Origin: a virus | Lineage: Duplodnaviria > Heunggongvirae > Uroviricota > Caudoviricetes | Length of the DNA: 64,000 nt | Virus record (IMG/VR): IMGVR_UViG_3300042554_002914 | Reading direction: 5' to 3' (one strand) | Shown here: piece after piece, positions 53,545 to 64,000 of the stretch | Position numbering within the stretch: the stretch's first letter is position 1 | Layout of the letters: every line of letters starts with the position of its first letter | The notes under the pieces: model-generated | The model's database searches: none | Seen by the model: the letters and a program-made list of their open reading frames with translations, nothing else | What the model was told of the DNA's origin: nothing | Program-made: the position numbers and the translations under genes

Positions 53545-56076
53545 TTAAGAGTATCGAACGATGATGGTGAAAATGTGACCGCTGGAGCCGGTGCCGATCG
53601 CCGCTAGATCCACCCCCAACGTGTCCCCGACCGCAAGGGTCAGGGTGCCGGTAAGCAGGCTTGTGGCATCAGTTAGTATGGAGCTGGCCGCCAAGTTGGC
53701 ATTAGCGCTCAGCAGGCTGGTCTTGGTGCCACTACGGCGAGCGTAGAGCATCGCCTGGCTACTACTGCTGCCAGTAGCCGTGGGGGCCAATTCCCAGAAT
53801 GCAGCAGTCACAGTGCAGGCACGCTGCATGGTTGTCTCAACGTAATTGGCGGCGGGAGTGGCGGTTTCGCCCTTGTTGCTTATCACTAGTTTGATCACGT
53901 CGGAAAACAACAACGAACCAGAGTTGAGGGACAAGCCACCACCCAGAGCGGCACCAGCGGGGCTGCCTGCGTTGTTGTAAATCACTTGGCCGGATAACCC
54001 GGCGACTGGACCAGTGGCCCCAGTAGCACCGATTGGGCCTGACACCCCAGTTATACCCTGGGGCCCAGTTGCTCCCGTAGATCCAACAACACCAGTACCA
54101 CCGATAACACCAGTTGCCCCTGTCACCCCGATAGGGCCAGTTGCTCCCGTAGATCCCTGGGCACCGTTCACTAGTGCAAGGAATAATGAATGGTTATTGC
54201 TGAAATTGGTTGTCCCTGACCCGGAAGAATTCAGCAGGGATACAGGATATTGCCAGTAACTATTTGGGGTGCTAGGGTTTATGTTGGATGGTGTGCCGTT
54301 AATCAACCAAGTTTGGTAATTTGAACTATCGTTTCTATCTTGTATAGTAATTTTTTCAGTCTGAGTTAAATTCGATAAGAAAATATCGATGTCTGTGTTG
54401 TCGTCCGTTAAATGACTAATGTTTAATGCGGTTGAGTTGATTTGTGTGGCATTGTTCCAGATTAAGTTGCCCTGGCCGGGATCTCCCGTAGTGGCCGTAG
54501 TTTTGGCGCTGTATAGGAATAAACTAGAAGAATACCCTTGGGGACCAGTGGCCCCTGTGCTACCTGATAAACCAGTTGCCCCCGTGGTTCCAGCTCCGGT
54601 AGCTCCAGTCGCCCCGGACACCCCAATGACACCAGAGGCACCGGTTATACCGATGGGCCCTGTTGCCCCCGTGGTTCCAGCTCCGGTAGCCCCAGTCGCC
54701 CCAGTAATCCCTATCGGTCCCTGTATCCCTGTGGCACCAATCGGACCGGTTCCACCTGAAGCACCAGTCGCCCCAGTAATGCCAACCCCTGTAGCCCCTG
54801 ATACTCCGGTGACGCCAGTCGCCCCTGCTACACCTGTAGCTCCGGTTGCTCCTGAAACCCCGATGACGCCAGTCGCCCCCGTTGCACCTGTTGCCCCGGA
54901 AACTCCAACTCCTGCAGGTCCAGTCGCTCCCGTTGTGCCAACAACGCCAGTTGCTCCTGACGCCCCGGTTGCTCCAAAACCCGACGCTCCAGTTGCCCCT
55001 ATCGCCCCAGTTGCTCCATCTGCACCGGTCGCCCCGGTAGCCCCTGACACCCCGAAACCTGACACCCCAGTTGCCCCTATCGCTCCGGTAGCCCCTATCG
55101 CCCCAGTTGCCCCGGAAACTCCAATTCCGATAGGTCCAGTTGCCCCCGTTGTGCCAACAACTCCGGTTGCCCCGGTTGCTCCTGACGCTCCGAATCCTGA
55201 CGCTCCGGTTGCACCTATAGCACCAGTTGCCCCAGACGCCCCAGTAGCTCCAGAAGTTCCAACTCCAGTGGGTCCAGTTGCCCCCGTTGTTCCAATGACG
55301 CCGGTAGCACCTATCACCCCGGTAGCGCCCGTTGCTCCTGACGCCCCGAAACCTGATGCTCCGGTAGCTCCCATTACTCCAGAAGCCCCAGTCGCTCCAG
55401 TTGCACCAGTTGCTCCAAAACCAGTCGCACCATCCGCCCCGGTAGCTCCGGTAGCTCCTGATGCTCCAAAACCAGTCGCACCGGTTATACCGATCGGCCC
55501 AGTTGCCCCGGTTGCTCCAGTTGCCCCCGACGCTCCGAAACCGGAAGCTCCAGTCGCCCCGGTCTCCCCAGCAGCCCCGGCTAGTCCAGTTGCCCCGGTC
55601 TCCCCAATTGGGCCCGAAGCTCCAGTCGGACCGGCTACTCCAGTAGGCCCAGTGTCCCCACGGAAGCTAGACACCCATTGGCCACCTGACAGACCAACAT
55701 ACCAAACTGAAAGATACGACGACAAGGTATCAAACCATAGGGCGCCGTTTACAGGATTCGGTGGGGCGGATGCCGATACCGAAGCACACGGGGTGCATCC
55801 CCCAGGTGAAGAAGTGACTTCTTTCCACTGCCCGGGGATTCCAGGTTCTAGGACCCAAATATATAAAATTTCGCTTACAGTATTAAACCAGAAAGACCCT
55901 TGAAGAATTGGGGGAGATGGTTGAGAAGCAGAGACGTAGATCGGGACTGTAGTCGGTTCAGGCTCAGATAAGTTAATCCACTGCCTTCCGTTCCAACGGT
56001 AGTCAGACCCCTGCCATGTGAAAGTTTCACCTGGTGTGGGATTTGGTGGAAAATTTGTTGGAAAATTATTAGTCAT
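53545..56076 (-). CDS. Collagen-like (G-A-T)n tail fibre protein
   Basis: ~350-residue Gly-X-Y tract plus a shorter second tract; P.NP..G.LWF modules. Confidence 0.9.
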   Translation of the reverse strand: MTNNFPTNFPPNPTPGETFTWQGSDYRWNGRQWINLSEPEPTTVPIYVSASQPSPPILQGSFWFNTVSEILYIWVLEPGIPGQWKEVTSSPGGCTPCASVSASAPPNPVNGALWFDTLSSYLSVWYVGLSGGQWVSSFRGDTGPTGVAGPTGASGPIGETGATGLAGAAGETGATGASGFGASGATGATGATGPIGITGATGFGASGATGATGADGATGFGATGATGATGASGVMGATGASGFGASGATGATGVIGATGVIGTTGATGPTGVGTSGATGASGATGAIGATGASGFGASGATGATGVVGTTGATGPIGIGVSGATGAIGATGAIGATGVSGFGVSGATGATGADGATGAIGATGASGFGATGASGATGVVGTTGATGPAGVGVSGATGATGATGVIGVSGATGATGVAGATGVTGVSGATGVGITGATGASGGTGPIGATGIQGPIGITGATGATGAGTTGATGPIGITGASGVIGVSGATGATGAGTTGATGLSGSTGATGPQGYSSSLFLYSAKTTATTGDPGQGNLIWNNATQINSTALNISHLTDDNTDIDIFLSNLTQTEKITIQDRNDSSNYQTWLINGTPSNINPSTPNSYWQYPVSLLNSSGSGTTNFSNNHSLFLALVNGAQGSTGATGPIGVTGATGVIGGTGVVGSTGATGPQGITGVSGPIGATGATGPVAGLSGQVIYNNAGSPAGAALGGGLSLNSGSLLFSDVIKLVISNKGETATPAANYVETTMQRACTVTAAFWELAPTATGSSSSQAMLYARRSGTKTSLLSANANLAASSILTDATSLLTGTLTLAVGDTLGVDLAAIGTGSSGHIFTIIVRYS

Positions 56077-56077
56077 T

Positions 56078-56362
56078 TTAGACTTCAGAAGGTAGTAATC
56101 GCGGGTTCAAGGTACCGCCACTCGGTTGTATTTTCTGGATTAAAACACCAAGGTCATGGTATTCGTCGAAGATATCAACCATTTTGTAAGCTCGGACAAC
56201 ATCAACAATGCCATCTTTTCTAATAACTGTATGACAATCTGAAGTTAATTGTCCAGGGATAATATCATAGAGCTTAACATCTTCAGCAACGACTTTCACC
56301 TTTGACATTTGATTCGGGGTTAAATCTTTGGTTAGTTTTACCCTACCCTTGCCACAACTCAC
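56078..56362 (-). CDS. Hypothetical cyanophage-type protein
   Basis: 94 aa ORF. Confidence 0.6.
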   Translation of the reverse strand: MSCGKGRVKLTKDLTPNQMSKVKVVAEDVKLYDIIPGQLTSDCHTVIRKDGIVDVVRAYKMVDIFDEYHDLGVLIQKIQPSGGTLNPRLLPSEV

Positions 56363-56511
56363 AAAAGAAGCAGCGTCAGTAGTGGAACAACCATTGTCAA
56401 AAACGCAATTAAAAAGCCCCCCACATCATTAGCAAGGGGCCACAGACTGTCAGGTTTCATGTTTGATTGCTCGTTTATCTTTTTGCCTTGGTTTCATAAT
56501 TTCTTGAAAAT

Positions 56512-57234
56512 TTAATTTTTTGTACCTAGCATCCAAACTTTCAAACCGGTTCCAGCATTTGTACTTCCGATCTGATTTATAAATATAGTGATTTCAGCGT
56601 CTACTGAGAGGCTAGTGGTGGACAATACTGCACTGTTTCCGCCTACTTCACTACCGGCCGCAATTACCGGAAGAACTGAGAAAATCGACACTCCTTGGGA
56701 TTGAATGTCTACAATTAAGCTTGATCCAGTCGGTGCTGTATTGGTGCTTATTTTAACCCCGCTAAGGGTCATCGAGTAAGGGATACGAAAGGTGAATCTT
56801 AAGCCTGTTGTTAAGTTAGATGTTTCGTCTGAGCAACAAAAGCCAATGTCCGCACCAGTATTTCCAGCAGGACCGATAACGCCAGTGGGTCCCGTCGTAC
56901 CCGCCGTCCCTGTCGCACCAGTTAGTCCTATGGGGCCTGTTGCCCCGGAAATCCCAACTCCCGTCGCACCGGTATCACCCCCAGGGCCCGTTGGACCTGT
57001 TGGACCCGAAACAGTACCTGCAGACTTTTCAACGAAGTCAGTGTTTAAAATTCCGCCTTGAAACCAGTATTCTGTGAGTGAACCCCCAACAAAGACCCCA
57101 ACGGTTAGACCCCGATAGCGTACAATAGGTTCAATAGTTGCTAGCGCTTCAGCCTCGCTATTATACGGACCGTAACGTTCGTCAGTTGCCTTAGGAGCTT
57201 GAACAATTAGGTTATCATTTAGATTGATTGCCAT
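56512..57234 (-). CDS. Short collagen-repeat structural protein
   Basis: Gly-X-Y tract; C-terminal domain resembles that of 53545. Confidence 0.8.
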   Translation of the reverse strand: MAINLNDNLIVQAPKATDERYGPYNSEAEALATIEPIVRYRGLTVGVFVGGSLTEYWFQGGILNTDFVEKSAGTVSGPTGPTGPGGDTGATGVGISGATGPIGLTGATGTAGTTGPTGVIGPAGNTGADIGFCCSDETSNLTTGLRFTFRIPYSMTLSGVKISTNTAPTGSSLIVDIQSQGVSIFSVLPVIAAGSEVGGNSAVLSTTSLSVDAEITIFINQIGSTNAGTGLKVWMLGTKN

Positions 57235-57428
57235 TCTGGTATCTAATCAAGGGTTCTAGTTACTTAATCGAGTCAAGCTTTTGCTTTTACGCAACTTGGC
57301 GAGATTTCCACCGAATATTGAAAATACATTACAATAAATTCTACCCGCTTTGCCGGTTTGAGTTAGGTAAGGACCCGTTGGCCCAGGGCGAAGGCAAGGG
57401 ATCTGGCGCATGGGAACAAAACGTACTA

Positions 57429-58067
57429 TCATATTCTCTGTAACTCCATATTTACAGTGTAAAAACCTTTTTCTAGCAAAAATGAGCTTTCTTCTGGCGC
57501 GTAGTATGGCTCGCTACTAAGGTCAATGAGCATACTAGGCACCGCACCTTGCTGAGTGGCGGCTGTTGTATTTAACTTAAAGCCCCCGGCAATAACGGAT
57601 ACGTTTGCAGTTGGAACTATTACTGGGGAAAGTTCATCCCAGGTAGCCGCCACAACATAGTCAACATTCGCATCAAGCTCTGGGCCATTGGTAATGTCAA
57701 ACCAGCAGTAATACGGCGCTACGGTTGGGGCGGCATCTGCAATGCAAGTAGCTGAGGCTAGGAAATCCTGCTGCCAAATGAGAACAGGAAGCCCGGGACC
57801 AGTAAAGTCCCATATTCCCACTGAATGATCTAAGGTAGACGGTTGGTTGATTCGGGGCATTGCGGTAGGGTCAGCCTGCGTCGGCTTGTATATCCCAATA
57901 CGAGTAAGTTGTCGGTTAAAGTCCGTAGTGAAATGATACCCTAGAATATAAGGGCCATCAGCCAATTCAAATTCGCTTACGTTTACGACAGGGGCCGTAG
58001 TGAACCCGAATGCCACCTCTATAGTGGGTGATGGGCTTGTCCAATATGGATTTAGTATGAAGGGCAT
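57429..58067 (-). CDS. DUF4082-like beta-sandwich structural protein
   Basis: LGYHFTT..LTRIGIY..HSVGIW..L.A..DYVVA; start MPFILNPY at 58067. Confidence 0.65.
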   Translation of the reverse strand: MPFILNPYWTSPSPTIEVAFGFTTAPVVNVSEFELADGPYILGYHFTTDFNRQLTRIGIYKPTQADPTAMPRINQPSTLDHSVGIWDFTGPGLPVLIWQQDFLASATCIADAAPTVAPYYCWFDITNGPELDANVDYVVAATWDELSPVIVPTANVSVIAGGFKLNTTAATQQGAVPSMLIDLSSEPYYAPEESSFLLEKGFYTVNMELQRI

Positions 58068-58068
58068 A

Positions 58069-59196
58069 TTAAGAATTGAGTAGTTGTATAGTGCCGCTCG
58101 TATTCGTGGCGTAGTCGCTGATGTAAATTTTATAGTTGATGCCGGACCAATACCCATTCGGGGAATTAACAGCTTGGGTGTTCGGGGGCAGGATGAAATT
58201 TCCGGCACCAATCGACCCTTGGTTTAAGGGGGTATTAAACCACTTTGTCTTTGTGGTATCTGCCGCAGGATGAGCGAACCAAATATATTCTGCTGAAGCG
58301 TCAAATGTAGCACTAATCGCCCCGCTTGCCGAAGCAAGAACTTTCGTAGTCGTACCAGCTGCGATTAACGCTGCGATTGACTCTGCGGATGGTGCTGCCG
58401 AGGATTTACCCCAGAAGTAAGGGTAGATGCCGTTAATAGATGCCGAACTCGAAGTTAGAGCACCAGGGGATTGGGGGGCATTGGCGGATAGTAATGCTGG
58501 GGGGCGAGCATCGGTAGACCCTTTATTAGTTTTCTTTGCTAGGCCCGATGCGAAACCGCCAGTACCATCCCATGTTGTTGTGCCTGCCGTCACGGTTAGG
58601 TTATCGGTGTAATTGTGGGGGTACGAAAAGTTTGGGTTGTTCGGGTTGGTGTAGCCGAATTGGTCCGGTACATTCGCGTGGGGGGAACCCGATGGACTAG
58701 ATACGTTGCTTATCGTAGAGCCATCTTTCCTAAGGGTTAAAGTTCCGAAGGCTCCTGCATCGTTTTTGATTCCAGTGACTGTTAGTACCTGAGAAAGTGC
58801 AGACCCGATCTCTTTAATGCCGGATTGAGAGAAAGAAAGGGAAATTGTGGGGATTGTGTATGTTGGTTGCAAAATAGGGAACAAAATCGCATCTAAAACC
58901 TGGACAAGATTTCTCGTCTTCCACACAGATGCGGGCTGAGCGATTGCACCCCCGACAGGGACGCTTTGTTCCGCATCGGTTACTAAGGTATTATATTGCG
59001 TTGACAGGTTTTGACCAGTTAAGGTAAGACCAACATTGGGGTCGATGGTCACCAGAGTTTCATCACCGCCGCCTTGGGGAACAATTTCCCATGTCAAAGC
59101 TGCAGCGTTCCACTTGTATTGATTAACGCCGGGGACGGGGATTTCCGGGAATAATTGCCCATTGGTGGGGCTATCTGGGAAGACGATCACCGTCAT
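58069..59196 (-). CDS. Putative virion structural protein
   Basis: FP.SPTNGQ..YKWN N-terminal module; Ser/Thr/Gly-rich. Confidence 0.7.
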   Translation of the reverse strand: MTVIVFPDSPTNGQLFPEIPVPGVNQYKWNAAALTWEIVPQGGGDETLVTIDPNVGLTLTGQNLSTQYNTLVTDAEQSVPVGGAIAQPASVWKTRNLVQVLDAILFPILQPTYTIPTISLSFSQSGIKEIGSALSQVLTVTGIKNDAGAFGTLTLRKDGSTISNVSSPSGSPHANVPDQFGYTNPNNPNFSYPHNYTDNLTVTAGTTTWDGTGGFASGLAKKTNKGSTDARPPALLSANAPQSPGALTSSSASINGIYPYFWGKSSAAPSAESIAALIAAGTTTKVLASASGAISATFDASAEYIWFAHPAADTTKTKWFNTPLNQGSIGAGNFILPPNTQAVNSPNGYWSGINYKIYISDYATNTSGTIQLLNS

Positions 59197-59384
59197 TGCG
59201 AACTAGATGGGGGGGCACTGTCTAGTTTTACCCGCGTTCCGGTAAGTTGGGTTAAAACTTGGGGGATAGATGCCGGGTGTAAAAGTTCAGTTGTTGTTGG
59301 GCTGCTATGGCGAAATCCTTGGGACTTAGCCCATTTGAGCAGGGGGGTGCCCCTGTCATTGACCCTTGAAACGCCATACCCCTA

Positions 59385-60752
59385 TTAGACTCCTTCATAA
59401 TACATATTGATATACTTACGTGCGTTCTGATTGCTGACTTTTTCCCATACCCCCCTTCTAAATGATTCTGCAGAATGTTGAATGCCGAATGTTGCTATAT
59501 CTTTAGCCTCACTCTTCGTCAATCCGTCCTTTTCCATTTCTGTCATCACTTTACTGAAATTCCTTTCCAACACATCAGCTTGTTTGCCTGTCGGGTAATT
59601 TGTCATCGCGAAGTTAGTCCCTGTCCATCCACCTAAAGCTTCAGATAAGGCTGCTTTCCAGTTTTTCTGAGATAGCCCCAGATCAACAAACCTAGCCACC
59701 CCCTTATCATCAATAATCAAATTGTCTCCCTTAGCATCATTGTGGGCATACCCTAGTTTATGCAATTTTCCCATAGTAATGTTGTAAGCGTCATCTTTGT
59801 CAATGCCATTGATCTTTTGAGGGGCCTTGTAAAGGGGGACCCCTGGAACAACTTCCATAGCAATCATGCCTTTGTGGATGGTACCGTTATCCATGTTGCT
59901 GTGGGCATTCTTTACGAATCTGGAGGCTATTAATTTGGGGCCCAAACCGACTTCCCCCAGTTTTTTGATTAAGGTAGCCTCAGTTCTACTAATATCCCCT
60001 ACCTTAACGCCTATTTCATTAGGCATTCCATCCGAGTATCCAAGTAATTTCTTCGTAGGTACCTTCAGGAATGCCCCAAAGCCCCCTGCACCCAATACCC
60101 GGGAGCCTGATCCTTCGACTGCGCTCCACTTTACTTTATCTGCTTTCTCTGAGCCATCGATACTTATAGTGCCTTCGGGGCCTAGCCTTTTCATTTTGTC
60201 TAATAACTTACTGGCGACCTCTCTGACTTTTCTTACCTTATCTGCAGGGATATCACCATGCTTATGGGCAGTCATTGGGGCTGAGGGCCGGGTCCGTGCC
60301 ACAGTTTCTTTGGGGGTCTTAGGAACTGGTTGCTTCTTTAGTTTCTTGGCAGCATTTATTCTGCCTATAAGGGTGCGAAACCTTTGAATAGCTTGACCAA
60401 AAAATAGTCCTAAGTTGTGTTCTTTGTCTTGAGTTTGCTTATTTACTGGTGATGAATTCTTTTCTGTAGGGGGGTTCTTAATTGGGGGATTTTGGACAGG
60501 GGTAGAGGCAACTGGTTTGGTAACACCAAAAATCCTGTCCCTTACTTTTATCAGAGAACCCACAACAACATCAGGCAACTCGACAAGACAAGTCTTCACC
60601 CCTTCGATACAAGTTGCTGAGCAGCTTTTACCGATAGAGCACCTTTTACGACCACCCCCGACAGCATTTGATTTGGACTTCAGAATCTCAGAACTTGATG
60701 GCGCATTGCCTGAAGGTGCAACAAAGTCGAATTGTCCTTCAGCATTTGCCAC
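59385..60752 (-). CDS. Ser/Thr protein-kinase-like protein with N-terminal Cys motif
   Basis: LGAGGFG, IGVK, HNDAKGDN, DLG; N-terminal CSIGKSCSATCI. Confidence 0.85.
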   Translation of the reverse strand: MANAEGQFDFVAPSGNAPSSSEILKSKSNAVGGGRKRCSIGKSCSATCIEGVKTCLVELPDVVVGSLIKVRDRIFGVTKPVASTPVQNPPIKNPPTEKNSSPVNKQTQDKEHNLGLFFGQAIQRFRTLIGRINAAKKLKKQPVPKTPKETVARTRPSAPMTAHKHGDIPADKVRKVREVASKLLDKMKRLGPEGTISIDGSEKADKVKWSAVEGSGSRVLGAGGFGAFLKVPTKKLLGYSDGMPNEIGVKVGDISRTEATLIKKLGEVGLGPKLIASRFVKNAHSNMDNGTIHKGMIAMEVVPGVPLYKAPQKINGIDKDDAYNITMGKLHKLGYAHNDAKGDNLIIDDKGVARFVDLGLSQKNWKAALSEALGGWTGTNFAMTNYPTGKQADVLERNFSKVMTEMEKDGLTKSEAKDIATFGIQHSAESFRRGVWEKVSNQNARKYINMYYEGV

Positions 60753-60761
60753 ACGGTGCCT

Positions 60762-60941
60762 TTAACCTAGATACTGCCAAGCAGTGACTACATCCTCAGA
60801 TACCAACCCATCAATATCCATTTTTTGCGCAGCGTCTAGGGCCCTAAGGGATTCAACCCGCTTGGCCGGGTCTCTGCGTAACTTTTTGTAACGCTCCATG
60901 AGCTTTTGGTATTTGTCGTCGTTGCTTAGTTGAGATGCCAT
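60762..60941 (-). CDS. Small hypothetical protein (59 aa, below track cutoff)
   Basis: Hand-translated ORF filling the gap. Confidence 0.45.
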   Translation of the reverse strand: MASQLSNDDKYQKLMERYKKLRRDPAKRVESLRALDAAQKMDIDGLVSEDVVTAWQYLG

Positions 60942-60991
60942 TTGTTATGGGGGAGTTTTGAGTTATCGGGCTGTTAAGCCGCATACACCTA

Positions 60992-61219
60992 TTATACCCT
61001 GTGATCGCTGCCTTTGTCAACTACCTCTCGGTCTTCTTCGGATTTGATGAAATCCTTAAGGTCTTTGACATATACGCGAAGATCTTGGGCCTTTTGAAGA
61101 TGCCAATGTTGTTTAGTTTTCAAGTAAAGCATCATGTGGTTATCGATGGCTTTAAGCAAGCTATGAATTACTGGGTTCCACGGTCCCCTTATTGGGTTAT
61201 CCCATTCTCTTTTAGACAT
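60992..61219 (-). CDS. Hypothetical cyanophage-type protein
   Basis: REWDNP.R.PWN..IH..LKAID.H. Confidence 0.65.
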   Translation of the reverse strand: MSKREWDNPIRGPWNPVIHSLLKAIDNHMMLYLKTKQHWHLQKAQDLRVYVKDLKDFIKSEEDREVVDKGSDHRV

Positions 61220-61249
61220 TTGACCTACCTACCTACTATTCTATGGGCA

Positions 61250-61981
61250 TCACTTAATAACATTGAGACTTCTATTGAAGTACATCCTGCGGTCTTCCAA
61301 CCCATTATAACCACCATTTACTCTGCGGGTAACTTGCTCTACGGTGGGATTCTTATCACATAAGGCATTCATACCATTATTAAACCACCAAAAACCTGCC
61401 GAGGAAAATGGGTACTTATCCGCCACGTAATTAACCCCTTGCATAACTTGTGGATCTTTGATAAAATTGGCAAAGTCCTGATAGTTTGCCCTACCGGTGA
61501 GTTGAATGTAACCGGCACCTTTGAAGCGGGGGCCATCCCCCGGTTGGGTATTTCCCAGATCTTTCCTACCTTCGTAATCCCAACCCGAAGCCAACTCTTT
61601 CTTCCAGCGACCACCACCAGATTCATGCGCAGTTTGACTAAGGAAGTGGCGAATTCTTTGCGGAGTTGTGATTGCAAATTCTTCTAGACATCTATTAAGT
61701 TCGGCAACTTCAGAATCTAAAATCAAGCTTGGGGCACATTGCCAAATATATGCCAGAGACTCTTTGGAAACATACTGCTTTGGGGTTGGTGGCCTAGTGG
61801 GAGTTGGTGGTTTGTAGGGTGTACGATATTTCTTAACCCAACTAGCTTCATCTGTAAATAGTTCGGGTTGTTTAGCAAAAACCGCCTTGGCAAAATCCAA
61901 AAAGGCACTTTCTTGAAGGGGGTTGTCTGTTCTACGGTTATTGACAAAATCTAAGAATTTCTCTGCAGTGAATTGGGGCAT
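61250..61981 (-). CDS. GH19 chitinase-like endolysin
   Basis: [45 protein letters not shown]. Confidence 0.93.
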   Translation of the reverse strand: MPQFTAEKFLDFVNNRRTDNPLQESAFLDFAKAVFAKQPELFTDEASWVKKYRTPYKPPTPTRPPTPKQYVSKESLAYIWQCAPSLILDSEVAELNRCLEEFAITTPQRIRHFLSQTAHESGGGRWKKELASGWDYEGRKDLGNTQPGDGPRFKGAGYIQLTGRANYQDFANFIKDPQVMQGVNYVADKYPFSSAGFWWFNNGMNALCDKNPTVEQVTRRVNGGYNGLEDRRMYFNRSLNVIK

Positions 61982-62034
61982 CTTGTTTCGGGTATCTATT
62001 ACTATTTTACCCGCTTCATCACATCCAGACCTAA

Positions 62035-62727
62035 CTACGTCAACCCCGGTCCTGCCCCTTGCTCCCTAGATGGGGTACATTTATTTCGATTATTTTGGGC
62101 CATCTGCGTCTCAGACTGCTCAGGTTTAGGGTTCTTTGGCATTTCTTCTTGGGAGTCTACCTTTGGTTGTGCTGTGGGCACTTTAGAGTCTTCCCTTGGC
62201 TTCCTTGGTGGACATACCTTGCCAGTAGTCAACCCCTGTGGTGGTTCCTCAAATGAACGCAAACCCTTTAATTGCAGAGATCTAGGGTCAGGTTGTGGAT
62301 TTTCGCTAGGGGTAGCTAAAGGCGGCAATTTACCGGACTCATTATCTTTTAGTTTGCCTTGACTACCTTTTTGTTTCCCCGGCTTATTGTCAATATCTAT
62401 GGTTGATAAACCTTGGGCTCTGGTAGTTTTGTTTTCTTTGGGGGTTTTCCCACCAGTATTGCCCTTATCGAATTGCCTATCCCATGCACCGGACTCCAAC
62501 ATCTTAGAAACCCTATTTGCAGATTCCTGGGAGAATCCAATTGATTGTAAGGCCTCAGCATAGTCGCCCCTTTTGCAAGCAGATAATGAAATCGCAATTG
62601 CTTGCTTAGGATTTTCAACTACTGGGCCAGCCTTGCCAGCCTTGCCAGAACCAGAATGAAGTTTGCCAGCTTTGAACCGGCGCATTTCATCCCTGACGCA
62701 ATTTTTATCGTCCGGATTGACTGGCAT
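62035..62727 (-). CDS. Hypothetical protein with DUF6496-like N-terminus
   Basis: [22 protein letters not shown]. Confidence 0.65.
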   Translation of the reverse strand: MPVNPDDKNCVRDEMRRFKAGKLHSGSGKAGKAGPVVENPKQAIAISLSACKRGDYAEALQSIGFSQESANRVSKMLESGAWDRQFDKGNTGGKTPKENKTTRAQGLSTIDIDNKPGKQKGSQGKLKDNESGKLPPLATPSENPQPDPRSLQLKGLRSFEEPPQGLTTGKVCPPRKPREDSKVPTAQPKVDSQEEMPKNPKPEQSETQMAQNNRNKCTPSREQGAGPGLT

Positions 62728-62733
62728 TTTTAA

Positions 62734-62943
62734 CTACCGAATTTCCAAAATTTTACCCTCTAGTTCCTCTATGTAGTCCAATAGGGCCGTGGTCTGAGCC
62801 GATAGCTTTATTAGTAGACAAGAACTTTCAACAAGGTATTCTTCCAGCTCTTGTCTGGATAGAAGATTAATTTTTTCCCTAATTTTGAAAGGAATTAGTT
62901 CCTTTTCTAGGGGTAATTCAATTTGTGGCCTTTGGAAGTCCAT
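62734..62943 (-). CDS. nblA: NblA-like phycobilisome degradation adaptor
   Basis: IELPLEKEL..KI..LSRQEL.EYL spacing matches NblA ELSLEQQF..V..MS.DQ..FL. Confidence 0.6.
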   Translation of the reverse strand: MDFQRPQIELPLEKELIPFKIREKINLLSRQELEEYLVESSCLLIKLSAQTTALLDYIEELEGKILEIR

Positions 62944-63598
62944 GGGCTATTTGTTTAAGGGATTGGAATTTCTCTGATGCCCAGTGGTGTTGGTCTTCCC
63001 TCATGACTGCATCACTGATGTAATCAACCATGAGGTCCATTTCTTCGTCTGACAATACACTGAAAGCTTCAGCTAGATCATCTGATAAGAGCAGCGTCCG
63101 AGCCTCATCTGGGCTATAAACAAAATCAGTATCTACCCAGTCTTCAGGTTGGGAGTCATATGAGATGTGGTAATTGTTTTCTGATAGTTGGCATTCCAGG
63201 ACTCTAGCCTCGTCAATGTTTAGCTTTTTTGCTATATCAGTGTAGCTCATGTTTTCCTGTAAAAGCCCTAGGACTTCATTGCGATACTTGGCGATCCATC
63301 GGGGGGTTTTCACAAGCCTGGAATAATCCCGAAGGGCATGTTGGATGTAGCCTCGGGCATTTTTCCAGGCGTAGGTGCTGAATTTAACGTGTTTGTCGGG
63401 GTCAAACCTGGTAGCAGCTACGCAAAGAGCAAAGTTTGCTATGGACTCTAGATCCTCCCTAGTGAGAGAACCTGTATTACCACCTGTTAAACACTTGGCT
63501 CCAAAAGCTAATCGACCAGCAATCCAGCTATGCTCTTCGACTAGTTTCTTTTGATCCCTGGATAGTTCAGGGTACGATTTGTACCTCTTTTTTGTCAT
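62918..63598 (-). CDS. Phage sigma70-family (SigF/FliA-like) sigma factor
   Basis: DL..IA..AL..AA.RFDP..KFSTYA..RG.I.HALRD.SRL.K.PRW; HTH IAKKLNI. Confidence 0.9.
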   Translation of the reverse strand: MTKKRYKSYPELSRDQKKLVEEHSWIAGRLAFGAKCLTGGNTGSLTREDLESIANFALCVAATRFDPDKHVKFSTYAWKNARGYIQHALRDYSRLVKTPRWIAKYRNEVLGLLQENMSYTDIAKKLNIDEARVLECQLSENNYHISYDSQPEDWVDTDFVYSPDEARTLLLSDDLAEAFSVLSDEEMDLMVDYISDAVMREDQHHWASEKFQSLKQIAHGLPKATN

Positions 63599-63601
63599 GG
63601 G

Positions 63602-64000
63602 TCAAGCCTCGCAAGCTGTGCAGTCTGTGTATTCGGGGGTGGTTTCTGTGGGTAGGTTAAACTTTAAGACACTGCTTTCTTCTTTGTACTGTATGTACTC
63701 GGTATAACCCCCGATGTGCTTCTTATAGAGCCACAGTTGGGGTACAGTCTTCCATTCGGGGTCCCAGAAACCTTTTTCTTCGGCTTCTGCCTTTGTGATT
63801 TCTTCGTAACGTACCCCTTCGGCAGATAATTCTTCTTTTAGTTTTACACACCATGGGCAACCTTCGCGAGTAACAATCAAAGCGGGTACAACCTCTTTAT
63901 TTGTCAATAAGCTGCTCCCCTTAAGATAATAAAGGGACTTTAACTTCATTTTCCAGGCAGCAAGATGTAGGCGAGTAATGTAAGCAGCATCTGATTCGGG
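63602..64000 (-). CDS. nrdA: C-terminus of ribonucleotide reductase alpha subunit with inserted glutaredoxin domain (partial)
   Basis: Frame open to window end: PESDAAYITRLHLAAWKMKLKSLYYL; then CPWC..TVPQ..IGG; ends CTACEA. Confidence 0.8.
   Translation of the reverse strand, partial: PESDAAYITRLHLAAWKMKLKSLYYLKGSSLLTNKEVVPALIVTREGCPWCVKLKEELSAEGVRYEEITKAEAEEKGFWDPEWKTVPQLWLYKKHIGGYTEYIQYKEESSVLKFNLPTETTPEYTDCTACEA

Noticed and set aside
54419-55903. 494-aa Pro/Val/Ala-rich plus-strand ORF
   Set aside because: Antisense read of the GGN-GCN-ACN collagen codons, which lack stops on the opposite strand
63602-63949. Stand-alone glutaredoxin
   Set aside because: Frame stays open upstream and encodes NrdA C-terminal motifs

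Overview
Fragment of a large lytic cyanophage genome. The host is probably a picocyanobacterium, inferred from the cyanobacterial-type tmRNA tag, short EF-Ts, SLH outer-membrane protein and NblA-like gene. Essentially all real genes are on the minus strand; plus-strand ORFs are shadows. From the window start: a PRPP-synthetase-like gene missed by the ORF track, then an envelope module (SLH beta-barrel, pilin, RlpA, lysozyme). A translation-support set follows (Pth2-like hydrolase, circularly permuted two-piece tmRNA, RlaP-like nucleotidyltransferase, EF-Ts), then a UvrD helicase, a long accessory region with repeated promoter cassettes and paralog arrays, and a YgiB/YgiC-like pair. An ~10 kb tRNA array (32-42.4 kb) contains four homing endonucleases, TnpB-derived remnants, chimeric or atypical tRNAs, a three-copy structured RNA, and two ~155-nt tRNA-scaffolded RNAs sharing a loop motif. 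Next come a Thg1-like enzyme, DNA ligase, NadA, Dps, a glycosyltransferase, collagen-like tail proteins, a kinase, a GH19 lysin, an NblA-like gene and a sigma factor. The window ends in the C-terminus of an RNR alpha subunit carrying an inserted glutaredoxin domain. All assignments are by-eye motif recognition; no database searches or folding programs were run.
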